Part shown: positions 48,727 to 58,265 of the stretch, piece after piece
How positions within the stretch are numbered: the first letter of the stretch is position 1
Layout: every line of letters begins with the position of its first letter
From: Candidatus Cloacimonadales bacterium
Lineage (GTDB): Bacteria; Cloacimonadota; Cloacimonadia; Cloacimonadales; DAONDQ01
DNA length: 64,000 nucleotides
Reading direction: 5' to 3'
Assembly (NCBI GenBank): GCA_963662275.1
Contig: OY759316.1
Coordinates: 1,856,001 to 1,920,000, forward strand
Program-made: the position numbers and the translations under genes
The notes under the pieces: generated by a model
Told to the model about the DNA's origin: nothing
The model's input: the letters and a program-made list of their open reading frames with translations, nothing else
Database searches by the model: none

Positions 48727-49758
48727 ATGAAAAAGATATTTATCCTAGTCATGTTATGCAGCTTGCTTGTTATCTTTGGTTGTTCTAAAAAGGATATCCA
48801 GTCTCCTTATTCTTATAATTGCTCACTTGAAGGTAAGGTCTCTTTTACTGGCATGCCTCCAGATAGTGTGTCTGCATTAGTATCGTTATTCACGATTGGC
48901 ACAATAACCCAGCCGAGTATCTTAGTTGCTGATACTTATACCGATAATACCGGATATTACCATTTTGAGCATCTAACAAATATCAAGGTAGATATACATA
49001 TCGAAGCAGATCGTTTCGATACACAGATCATCAGCAATGTTGTGCTGCACAGTACTCAGACTGATTCTGTGCATACCGTCACTCTTCTTCCACTACCTGT
49101 AATCCAGATTCTTACACCTGTGTTAGATGGTGTTGTTGATGCCGGATGGGATCCAACCTATGTGAATACGATTACTTCGACTGTTTCAGGTTGGGGGAAT
49201 AATGATTTGAAAAATCTATATCTTGCCCGTGATTCAGTGAATCTTTACATTGTTTTAACAGGTATGTTTCCAACTACAGAAAATACAGTTAATTTCTATC
49301 TTGATAAGGATTATGGAGTTACAACTAAGACTGGTATCAGCGATTTCTCATTAATTTCAGGTGGTACAACAGGTGATCATCTTAGAAAAAATGTAACAAC
49401 TCCAAGTAGTTTTGGAGCGGACATTGGCTTCAGTGCCTGGCATTTCAATACAGATATGTCCATGGCTCAGTTAAGCACAACTGGTGCTGCAACGGTTATT
49501 ACAACACCAATCTATCATATTATCAATAGCCCGGGTACGGGCGATGATGTTATTGAAATATCAATTCCTCTAACGGAAATTTATGGAAGTGCTAACATCC
49601 CAGCAAATACAAAAATCGCTATTGTAGCCATCATTGCTGGTGTAAATGATGATTTATATATTGATAATGACACTATTCCCATGATGTCGTCTCAAGCTAA
49701 TCCACATCAGACAACAAATCCATTTGTCTTTTCTGATGTTATACGCATTAAAATGTAA
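48727..49758 (+). CDS. Lipoprotein with Ig-like and carbohydrate-binding (DOMON-like) domains
   Basis: Lipobox IFGC; PVLDGVVDAGWD...LYLARDSVNLYI pattern. Confidence 0.55.
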   Translation: MKKIFILVMLCSLLVIFGCSKKDIQSPYSYNCSLEGKVSFTGMPPDSVSALVSLFTIGTITQPSILVADTYTDNTGYYHFEHLTNIKVDIHIEADRFDTQIISNVVLHSTQTDSVHTVTLLPLPVIQILTPVLDGVVDAGWDPTYVNTITSTVSGWGNNDLKNLYLARDSVNLYIVLTGMFPTTENTVNFYLDKDYGVTTKTGISDFSLISGGTTGDHLRKNVTTPSSFGADIGFSAWHFNTDMSMAQLSTTGAATVITTPIYHIINSPGTGDDVIEISIPLTEIYGSANIPANTKIAIVAIIAGVNDDLYIDNDTIPMMSSQANPHQTTNPFVFSDVIRIKM

Positions 49759-49809
49759 TGTGGCATAAGATTGGAATCTTACGCCACAACTGCAAAATAA
49801 GGAGTGAAC

Positions 49810-52800
49810 ATGAAAAATAACCTTTTAAAATTGATACTAATTTTCACCGGAATTCTCTTACTACTCGCTGGCTGTGCTGCCGTCGGTATGAGTGAAAAAT
49901 CAACTCCTGTTCAAAAAAAGAATCAGCCTGTTTCCATTAAGACAGATGGTGTTAGTTTCAGTTTTGTAGCACCTGAAGCACAAAATGTTGCTTTAGTGGG
50001 TGAATTTAATAAATGGGATGTCAATGCCAATCCAATGAAGAATGAGGGTGGTACTTGGAAAATATCCGTTCCTTTGGCACCAGGCACATACCAGTATAAA
50101 TTCTTGGTGAATGGTACTGATTGGAAGCTTGACCCAACCAACACCAATAGTGCAGACGATGGCTACGGTGGGAAGAATTCTCTGGTTACCGTGGGAGGTA
50201 CGCAAACTGCACAACCTGCAAAAGCTCCTGCTCCAGTAGCAAAAGTAGCAAATTCAAATGGTATTGAGTTTACTTTTAGTGCACCTGATGCAAAGTCTGT
50301 CAATATTGTAGGTGATTTCAATAAATGGGATACCAATGCCAACCCCATGAACAATGTAAATGGTACTTGGAAAGTGTCGTTACCACTAGCCTCAGGTTCT
50401 TATCAATACAAATTCTATGTGAATGGTTCGGATTGGAAAGAAGATCCTAACAATACAAAAAGTGTAGATGACGGATATGGCGGAAAGAATTCTTTGATAG
50501 AAGTCGGTACTCCAACAACTCCTGCTGCCGTTACTCCACCAGCTAATACCCAGGGTAGTGCTGCTCCTGCTACCAAAGATACATTCCCAGTGAAATTTGA
50601 GTACAAGCCTTTAACAGGAGGTTCTCATACGGTTTTTCTTGTCGGTGATTTCAATACTTGGTCATCATCTGATACACCGATGATTGAAAAGAATGGTAAT
50701 TATGAAGTCACTCTCAACCTGAAAAAAGGAAAATATGGTTATAAGTTCTTTGTTGATGGTAATTGGGTAACAGATGAAAATGCCAAGGACTTTACAGACG
50801 ATGGTTATGGTGGAAAGAATTCCCTCGTATTTGCAGGAGCTCCTGCAGATATCAATGCCTTACGTAAGGTGACTTTTACCTATAAAGGCAAAGGGACAGA
50901 ACAGAATGTTCATCTTGTTGGTTCTTTCAATGCCTGGAATCAAACTGCTACTATAATGGACAAACAACCAGGTGGTTCCTATGTCATGACATTGCTTCTC
51001 AAACCGGATCAATACACATATAAATTCGTTGTGAATGGAACTGAATGGTTGACTGACCCCAATGCTACAAGCTCTGTAGATGATGGTTTTGGTGGTAAGA
51101 ATTCCATGATTGAAGTAGATGATACTTATCCCAAAGTTACGATAGCGAAAGGTGATGGTCAGATATTAACTTATGGTATCACGATTGACCAGAGTCTGGA
51201 GAATATCAATCCTATATCAGAAAAACAGATCGAATTTAAAGCAAAAGCACATATGAATGATGTAGAACATATTGATATCGTAATCAATGAGGTTACGCAT
51301 TCCATGGCTATGGTGGGTGATGACGGTACATTCTCTTATTATCGCTATGTCTATAACATGAAGACGAAAGATGAACCTCTTAGTTATTACTTTGTTTATA
51401 ATGATGGTACATCGAAAATGTATCTTGAGCGGCTTGTCTTCCAAAAAGATTTTGATAAAACTCTCTTATATGAATATCCAACTGCTTCTATCCAACCTTT
51501 CTTTACACCTGACTGGGCAAAGAATGGCATCATCTACCAGATATTCCCGGAGAGATTTGCCAATGGGAATACTGCCAATGATCCTGATTTCAAGGAATGG
51601 TATTACCAGGGTATAAACGTTGGTCCAAAACCTGGTTCACTGCTTCCTTCCAATAAACCTTATTATCACTTGATCAAGGATTGGTATGACATCTCAGGTC
51701 TTGTAAAAAGTCCTTATCACCAAGGGAATCAACCTGACTACAATTGCTTCTACGGCGGTGATATTGCCGGTATCGACAAGAACATTCCTTATTTGAAAGA
51801 CTTGGGAATTACCATTATTTATCTCAATCCGGTTACCCAGGGTAAATCCAATCATAAATATGATGCAACGGATTATTTGTCCCTTGATCCTCACTTTGGT
51901 ACGGAGGCTGATTTCCAGAAGTTTGTGAAAGATGCACACATTGCTGGTATCAAGATCATTATCGACGTTGCCTATAACCATACAGGCGAAACTCATTGGG
52001 CTTTCCAGGATGGTATGAAAAAAGGCAAGGATTCACAATATTATAACTGGTATGAATGGAAGAAATGGCCTTTACCCAGTCCGATGCCTGCCGGTGACAA
52101 AGAAAGCAATTATTATGACTGCTGGTGGGGATTTGGTGAAATGCCGAATCTCAATTATGACCTCAAACATGTCAATTCAGAAGAAAATGGATTTAAGGAT
52201 ACATCTAGTGTAGAGCCAAACACTGCACTGGTGAACTATGTTTTGAGTGCTTCCGATTACTGGATTGGCAAAATGGATATTGATGGATTCCGTCTGGATG
52301 TTCCAAATGAAGTTCCATTCTGGTTCTGGGAGAAGTTCAGAGCAAAAGTGAAGAGTATCAAACCGGATGCTTACCTTGTCGGTGAAATATGGACGAATGC
52401 TTCAGACTGGGTGAATAATAAATACTTCGATAGTGTGATGAACTATGCCTATTTCAAAGACCCAGTACAACGATTTATCATAGATCATAAGACTTCTGCT
52501 AAGAAATTTGACCAAGAACTGAAACCCGGTGTGATGAATTATCCTGTTCAAGCTAGTGAAGTGATGATGAATCTCATTGATAGTCATGATACTTACCGTT
52601 TCCTGGAAACTGCGAAGGGTGATGTCAGCAAACTGAAACTCGCTGCACTGTTCCAGATGACTTGGATGGGTACACCAAATGTATGGTATGGCGATGAAAT
52701 TGGGATGATGGGAGCAAAAGATCCTGACTGCCGACGTCCATTCAACTGGAAATACACGGAAGACCAAAGTAAAGTGGCTCTTCATGATTACTATAAAAAA

Positions 52801-53079
52801 CTAATTTCAATCAGAAAGCTGCATCCCGCACTTAGAACTGGTACTATTACACCGTTAGTAACCGATGGCATGGTATATGGTTTCTTAAGGAACTTAGATA
52901 ATGAGAATGTCATAGTAATTCTCAATAACGATATTACTGACAAGACAGTTGAGGTTCCTGTTGTGTTACCGGATGGTACTTGGACAGATGAAATGAATGC
53001 GAAGACTTATCAGCTTAAAGCCGGTAAAATGTCAATTCCGGTCTCTGCTATGAGTGGAGCGATACTCGTTCAGAAATAA
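49810..53079 (+). CDS. Lipoprotein GH13 alpha-amylase (neopullulanase/cyclomaltodextrinase type) with four N-terminal CBM48-like repeats
   Basis: Lipobox LAGC; four DDG(Y/F)GGKNS modules; GH13 regions DVAYNH, GFRLDVPNE, VGEIW, LIDSHD. Confidence 0.9.
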   Translation: MKNNLLKLILIFTGILLLLAGCAAVGMSEKSTPVQKKNQPVSIKTDGVSFSFVAPEAQNVALVGEFNKWDVNANPMKNEGGTWKISVPLAPGTYQYKFLVNGTDWKLDPTNTNSADDGYGGKNSLVTVGGTQTAQPAKAPAPVAKVANSNGIEFTFSAPDAKSVNIVGDFNKWDTNANPMNNVNGTWKVSLPLASGSYQYKFYVNGSDWKEDPNNTKSVDDGYGGKNSLIEVGTPTTPAAVTPPANTQGSAAPATKDTFPVKFEYKPLTGGSHTVFLVGDFNTWSSSDTPMIEKNGNYEVTLNLKKGKYGYKFFVDGNWVTDENAKDFTDDGYGGKNSLVFAGAPADINALRKVTFTYKGKGTEQNVHLVGSFNAWNQTATIMDKQPGGSYVMTLLLKPDQYTYKFVVNGTEWLTDPNATSSVDDGFGGKNSMIEVDDTYPKVTIAKGDGQILTYGITIDQSLENINPISEKQIEFKAKAHMNDVEHIDIVINEVTHSMAMVGDDGTFSYYRYVYNMKTKDEPLSYYFVYNDGTSKMYLERLVFQKDFDKTLLYEYPTASIQPFFTPDWAKNGIIYQIFPERFANGNTANDPDFKEWYYQGINVGPKPGSLLPSNKPYYHLIKDWYDISGLVKSPYHQGNQPDYNCFYGGDIAGIDKNIPYLKDLGITIIYLNPVTQGKSNHKYDATDYLSLDPHFGTEADFQKFVKDAHIAGIKIIIDVAYNHTGETHWAFQDGMKKGKDSQYYNWYEWKKWPLPSPMPAGDKESNYYDCWWGFGEMPNLNYDLKHVNSEENGFKDTSSVEPNTALVNYVLSASDYWIGKMDIDGFRLDVPNEVPFWFWEKFRAKVKSIKPDAYLVGEIWTNASDWVNNKYFDSVMNYAYFKDPVQRFIIDHKTSAKKFDQELKPGVMNYPVQASEVMMNLIDSHDTYRFLETAKGDVSKLKLAALFQMTWMGTPNVWYGDEIGMMGAKDPDCRRPFNWKYTEDQSKVALHDYYKKLISIRKLHPALRTGTITPLVTDGMVYGFLRNLDNENVIVILNNDITDKTVEVPVVLPDGTWTDEMNAKTYQLKAGKMSIPVSAMSGAILVQK

Positions 53080-53087
53080 ACTATTAC

Positions 53088-53269
53088 GTAGAGCAGGACG
53101 CCGTTCCTGCTGAATTTGCACGTAGGGGTCTGCTGACGCGGACCCCTACGTTATATTTCATATCTCATCGCATCTAGTAAAAGATGGGTCTGCTGACGCG
53201 GACCCCTACGTTATATTTCATATCTCATCGCATCTAGTAAAAGATGGGTCTGCTGACGCGGACCCCTAC
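53088..53269. repeat. GTAG-type REP-like hairpins with a 60-bp tandem duplication between convergent genes
   Basis: GGGTCTGCTGACGCGGACCCCTAC at 53126, 53186, 53246 with identical 36-bp spacers; GTAGAGCAGGACGCCGTTCCTGCT at 53088, related copy at 63286. Confidence 0.85.
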
Positions 53270-53270
53270 A

Positions 53271-53966
53271 TTACTTTGTGATGTTTAGTCTTTTATCCCT
53301 AACTACCTCAGCTTGTGATTTTCTAAGATACATCGGCTCGAGATTGGCAACAGCTTCAAAATCGTATTTCAAACTATGGGGGAACAACTCTAACAAACTG
53401 AATAATCCTGTAGCCATAGGTAAATGCTGATGGGGAAGAGCAGGATGCAAATCTAGTCCATCTTTTACCAATTCCTGCCCATATTTAAGGAAACCACTTC
53501 CCACAGCCAGAACAGGTTCTGTTACTAATTTCAGCAAATCAGATGGATCTATGGTTCGCGGACTCATCAATTCTTCCAAATCAGGGGAATACAAAGCACA
53601 GTAAATTTCATTCATTTTAGCGTCAATCATACTTAGTACAGGTAATTTACTGCCATAACAATTTGAAGCCAGCAGCAGTAATGTGGAGAAGGGAATAAGA
53701 GGTATTTCATTAGCCATGCAGATACCTTTTGCCGTTGCCAGTCCAATTCTTAATCCTGTGAAAGAACCTGGTCCATTTGCAACGATCAGGGCATCAATAT
53801 CCTGAATTGTCAGCCTATTGGTTTTAAGACAAACATCTACTTGAGGAAGGAGTGTTTCCGAATGTGTGATATGAATATCAAAAAAGGAAGCATATTTAAT
53901 TATACTATCCATTGTAAGTGCTATGCTTCCAGAAGAGGATGATGTATCAAAGGCAAGTATATTCAT
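53271..53966 (-). CDS. tsaB: tRNA threonylcarbamoyladenosine biosynthesis protein TsaB
   Basis: MNILAFDTSS, HSETLLP, GPGSFTGLRIG, IDAKMNEIY, EPMYLR. Confidence 0.93.
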   Translation of the reverse strand: MNILAFDTSSSSGSIALTMDSIIKYASFFDIHITHSETLLPQVDVCLKTNRLTIQDIDALIVANGPGSFTGLRIGLATAKGICMANEIPLIPFSTLLLLASNCYGSKLPVLSMIDAKMNEIYCALYSPDLEELMSPRTIDPSDLLKLVTEPVLAVGSGFLKYGQELVKDGLDLHPALPHQHLPMATGLFSLLELFPHSLKYDFEAVANLEPMYLRKSQAEVVRDKRLNITK

Positions 53967-54251
53967 AAATCCTGCTTTTTTTCGAAATAAAAAAGTGAAA
54001 GATGATATCAGTCAAGGGAAAAGTATTCAACTGTCAGATTAGATGTATTCTAAAATGAAGAGAATAACTTAAAAAAATATTGATTGACTAACTTTGACCA
54101 ACTCATCAAATTAAGTTTGAAAACGTTGACTATAAAAATACTTGCATGAAAGAATGGCGATTGTTAGGAACTGATAGCAATCCGAAGATGCTGTTATGAG
54201 TACTATGCTGATAAAAAATTGAATTCGATCGTTAAATAGGGGGCGGTTTAA

Positions 54252-56174
54252 GTGAAGATACCAAGTCGAATTTATACTTATATTTTTGAACACTCTGATA
54301 ATATGATCATTATCGCTGATGCTGATTTGAATATCTTAGACTGTAATCAGGAATTTTCTAAAGTATTTGGTAAATCAGATGAAGATTTACGCAAACTGAG
54401 TATCAAAGATGTATTTCCATCAGACATTTATTCTCAAATTTGTGATTGGATACAAACAAGTCAGGTTCAACAGGAAAACTGTAAAAGAGCTGAATTGGTC
54501 AATCATAATAATGAGGTCATTCATGTATGTTATAAATTATTGGGATTGGAATCAGAAGGTCAAAAATTTTACCAGATTCGCTTCAAGGACGTTTCATCGC
54601 AGAAAAAGATGGAAACAGATCTTTCAACTACAGAAGAGCATTTCAAAGTTCTTTTTGAACAGAATATTGTAGGTGTTTCAGAAATCGATTTAAAGAAGGG
54701 ACGATTTATTAACATCAATGAAAAATTCTGTAGTATTCTAGGCTACACTAAACAGGAAATGCTAGCCCTTCATTACCAATCAATCACTCATCCTGATGAC
54801 TTACCCAGGAATTTAGAACTAACTCAACAAACGCTTGAAGGGACATCAACTGGCTTTACCTATGAAAAAAGATACATGACGAAGTCTGATAAATTCATCT
54901 GGGTTTCTTTGACTGTCACCTCTGTGCCAGTTCCAGGCAATAAACGCAGGCGTTTTTATGCGATTATTCATGATATTTCTGACCTTAAGAAAGCACAAGA
55001 AGAAGTGAAAATTTACCAGGATAGAATGCAAATCCTGCAGGAAGTCGGACTTGTATCAAATTGGGAATATTATTTGGATTCTGATATGGTTTGGACTACC
55101 GAAAGCGGTTTTGCATTGATCGGCTACAAGCATCCTACAGGTGAAATGGATGTTTCGAAAATACTGGCAACCGTACCCCATGTAGAAAATATACATAAAG
55201 CTTTAGAAAAATTTATTGCAGGAAAGGGAAATTTCCAGATAGAGATGGTTATCAATCCTGCTGATGGTTCATCACAGAGAACTCTCACAGCTTCTGGTGA
55301 GTTAGTTAAGGATAAGGACGGTATTCCTGTAAAAATCAAGGGTGTGACTCATGATATTACAGATATCAGAAAGATTCAGAAAGAGCTTCAGGAGACACAG
55401 AATCAGAATTTAGTGCTTGCTGACTTAATTAATCGTTCATCCCAACCAATGGTTGTCGCATACTTCGATGGCTCCATTGGAATTCATAACCAGGCTTTGT
55501 TAGATTTACTCGGATACCAGGAAAGCGATGTTCCCTCGTTGAATTATATGTCACCAAATGTCACTCCTCCTGAATGGTTTGATATTAGGAAGAAAAGTCT
55601 TGATAAACTGATTCAAACGAACAAGTCGGTCAGATATGAAATTGAGTATTATCGTAAAAATGGTTCCAGGGTACCTGTTGAAATCTTTGCCGATATCGTA
55701 AAAGATGAAAACCACAATCCTAAATATTTCTATGCTTTTATTACAGATATAACCGAAAGAAAAGCTGCCCATCAAGCCCTTGTCAATAGCGTTACCAGTT
55801 TTCATAACTTGTTTGAACAAATAGATATTGGGGCTGCCTTTGTTAAGTGTATGCGCAACGAGAATGGTGAACCAGTTGATTATCGCATTGTTCACAGCAA
55901 CATTGCTTTTGAAATTTATACTGGATTCAAAGTTGGAGATGACATCGATCCTTTAAACAGAGAATTAACTGAAGATAATGAACCTCTTTGCTGGCATTAT
56001 TATAAACAGGTTTTCAATTCACATGTATCAGTCAAATTTGAAACATCAGTGCCTGTTCTTGATCGCTTTTTCCTTGTCAGAGCCTACCCAACTGAAGCTG
56101 ATTCAGATACGTTAATTACTTTTGTAAAAGACATTACTGATGTGAAATGGGTGGATACGCGGAATAGGGAATAG
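54252..56174 (+). CDS. Multi-PAS-domain protein without a recognisable output domain
   Basis: Repeated PAS/PAC motifs (ITHPDD, IHDISDLK, THDITDIR, ITDITERK, VKDITD). Confidence 0.8.
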   Translation: MKIPSRIYTYIFEHSDNMIIIADADLNILDCNQEFSKVFGKSDEDLRKLSIKDVFPSDIYSQICDWIQTSQVQQENCKRAELVNHNNEVIHVCYKLLGLESEGQKFYQIRFKDVSSQKKMETDLSTTEEHFKVLFEQNIVGVSEIDLKKGRFININEKFCSILGYTKQEMLALHYQSITHPDDLPRNLELTQQTLEGTSTGFTYEKRYMTKSDKFIWVSLTVTSVPVPGNKRRRFYAIIHDISDLKKAQEEVKIYQDRMQILQEVGLVSNWEYYLDSDMVWTTESGFALIGYKHPTGEMDVSKILATVPHVENIHKALEKFIAGKGNFQIEMVINPADGSSQRTLTASGELVKDKDGIPVKIKGVTHDITDIRKIQKELQETQNQNLVLADLINRSSQPMVVAYFDGSIGIHNQALLDLLGYQESDVPSLNYMSPNVTPPEWFDIRKKSLDKLIQTNKSVRYEIEYYRKNGSRVPVEIFADIVKDENHNPKYFYAFITDITERKAAHQALVNSVTSFHNLFEQIDIGAAFVKCMRNENGEPVDYRIVHSNIAFEIYTGFKVGDDIDPLNRELTEDNEPLCWHYYKQVFNSHVSVKFETSVPVLDRFFLVRAYPTEADSDTLITFVKDITDVKWVDTRNRE

Positions 56175-56228
56175 CAGAAGGTGACAGGTAACAGGTGACA
56201 GGTAACAGTTTCAGAACAGAAAGAGGAG

Positions 56229-56270
56229 TTTTCCAAGTGATTGGATTTATCCAATTGTATCGAGGAGACG
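56229..56270 (+). repeat. Dispersed hairpin repeat (AGTGA-stem-loop-TGTATCGA); further copies at 60889-60930 (+) and about 56729-56762 (-)
   Basis: Direct comparison of the three copies. Confidence 0.75.
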
Positions 56271-56364
56271 TCATATGTGAAAGCCAATTATAAGTCTCAT
56301 GGAAGATAAAAAATACAAAAAAGAAACAAAAACTAAAGAAAATCTAAGGAAAATCTAAAAAAGT

Positions 56365-56408
56365 CTAGATGATCCCTAGATAATGCCTAGATGATGCCTA
56401 GATGAAAC
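56365..56408 (+). repeat. Second CTAGATGAT 11-bp tandem array
   Basis: CTAGATGATCC CTAGATAATGC CTAGATGATGC CTAGATGAAAC. Confidence 0.85.
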
Positions 56409-56808
56409 CCAGCTCAAAAAGAAAGTGCGAAGTAAGAGGTTCGAAGTCCGGTGTGTCAGGAGAACTGAATCACAGATTCAGTTCGCAGCTATAAGAGATA
56501 TGAGGATTTGGCTTCTCGGGAAGGTCTTACAGGAGAACTTTCCAAACCACCTGCTACTGCATTAGTAAAGAGCTTTTGTCGTGAGCGAGCAGGGAAAAGG
56601 CATAGTAAGATATGTCAGGTGCGTATTAAAGAGAAGAGTGCAAGCGAACTATTGTTGAAGAAGAATTTGCCTCGCACGCCGAAGAGGAATCAGCGTTCCA
56701 GATGATTCATTCTATCTCTCCGGTACATTTCGATACAATTTCTCCTTCTTCGAAATCACTCAATGAACCATCATATCTTCAATCTTCTTCAATCTTCAAT
56801 CTTAAATC

Positions 56809-57783
56809 TTAAATGACCCCTTTTACAAACTCTTCTCTCACTCGTTTTGCATCTCCGTACTTACCGAAGAGTGCCATGAGTTTCAGTCTTGCTTTTGGTC
56901 CTCGTAAATCTCCACCCAGGATGACACCCATGTTCTGCAAGTCAAATCCACCACCGATGTAACCATACTCGGGAAGGACTCTTCCTGTATTTGTACGGGA
57001 AACAACAACCACAAGAATACCGGCATCAAGTGCTTTGTGTATGGAAAGAATAAGGTTGGGTGGGAGATTACCTCTGCCAAAGGCTTCAATAACGATTGCT
57101 TTGGCACCGTGGGCAATTGAGCATTCAATATACCTGTCATCCATACCGGCAGTCGCTTTAATGAGATCGATGTTTGTTTCCAGATGATCTGTCTGAACGG
57201 ATTCACGGTAAAGCGCTTGTCTGTAATAGATCACCTTATCAGGATCAATAATTCCCAGTATACCATAACCAACTGAGTCAAAAGCATCCAGCTTTCCGGT
57301 ATCTGTTTTGACAACATCACGAGCAGTATGAATCTCATCGTTCATGACAACCAGGACATCCTTGTCTTTTGATGCTGCATCACTGGCAACACGTACGGCA
57401 TTGATGATGTTCCTGGGTCCATCCAAACCTACTTCAGAACCGCTGCGCATAGCAGCAGTCAGGACAACTGGTATTTTAGTAACTAATACTAAATCAAGCA
57501 GATATGCTGTCTCTTCTAATGTATCAGTTCCATGTGTAATAACAATACCGTCATAATCAACCGATTTCACATCAACCAGCTTTGCCAATTCAAACATCAT
57601 CTCTGGAGTCATGTATGGACTTGGGATATTGGCAAACTCCAATATTTCTATCTTTGCTACAGCATTCAATTGCGGAAAGGAATGCAGGAAAGCTTCAAGA
57701 TCATGTGTGGGGACAGTTCCTTCGGGGTCGATGGTCTTCATGGCGATCGTTCCGCCTGTGAGGATAATAAGAATTTTCTTCAA
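56809..57783 (-). CDS. L-asparaginase family protein
   Basis: TGGTIAM and HGTDTLEETAY motifs. Confidence 0.92.
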   Translation of the reverse strand: MKKILIILTGGTIAMKTIDPEGTVPTHDLEAFLHSFPQLNAVAKIEILEFANIPSPYMTPEMMFELAKLVDVKSVDYDGIVITHGTDTLEETAYLLDLVLVTKIPVVLTAAMRSGSEVGLDGPRNIINAVRVASDAASKDKDVLVVMNDEIHTARDVVKTDTGKLDAFDSVGYGILGIIDPDKVIYYRQALYRESVQTDHLETNIDLIKATAGMDDRYIECSIAHGAKAIVIEAFGRGNLPPNLILSIHKALDAGILVVVVSRTNTGRVLPEYGYIGGGFDLQNMGVILGGDLRGPKARLKLMALFGKYGDAKRVREEFVKGVI

Positions 57784-57797
57784 ACCAATACCTCAAT

Positions 57798-58253
57798 TTA
57801 TTCGAAAAGTGCTTTTACAAGCGTTTCAGGTTCCAGGCGAAACACCGAGCCTTTCCCTTCAAAAAAGTGGTGTACCTGTATGAAATGGACGCTTAACGGT
57901 GTCCATTTAACAGTAATCTGGTTTGCTAGATTCGTTAATTGAATCAAACCTTTGGCGATTGCCCCAGTATGACCAAAAGGACAAATTATCTTTCCCCTGA
58001 CATAATCGACCTCAATCTTGAAGTGACCATCAACCAGTATCGATTCCTGGTATGATTCACCAGCAAGGTTCATCAGTTCCTGCATACGTTCAGCGATGGC
58101 TTCCGCAGTATAGTTCAGCTTAGAAAGAGCCATCTCATCTTCTTCAATAATCGCATGAAAATGTCTGTTATCAATACCTAAAAAACCAGAAAGAGTCAGG
58201 ACTCCAGGTTCCATCATGGATTGAATTTTAATCTCTTTTAGTGTCTGTTTCAT
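57798..58253 (-). CDS. Hypothetical protein
   Basis: 151-aa ORF with GAGG RBS, spaced like an operon member. Confidence 0.7.
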   Translation of the reverse strand: MKQTLKEIKIQSMMEPGVLTLSGFLGIDNRHFHAIIEEDEMALSKLNYTAEAIAERMQELMNLAGESYQESILVDGHFKIEVDYVRGKIICPFGHTGAIAKGLIQLTNLANQITVKWTPLSVHFIQVHHFFEGKGSVFRLEPETLVKALFE

Positions 58254-58265
58254 GTAATACCTCAG

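Noticed and set aside
49760..49787. Hairpin GTGGCATAAGATT-GG-AATCTTACGCCAC between operon genes
   Set aside because: No U-tract and a single copy in the window; function cannot be assigned.
53126..53269. CRISPR-like geometry (24-bp palindromic repeat, 36-bp spacer, three repeats)
   Set aside because: Both spacers are identical, there are no cas genes in the window, and the repeat is part of a GTAG-type hairpin; a tandem duplication explains it.
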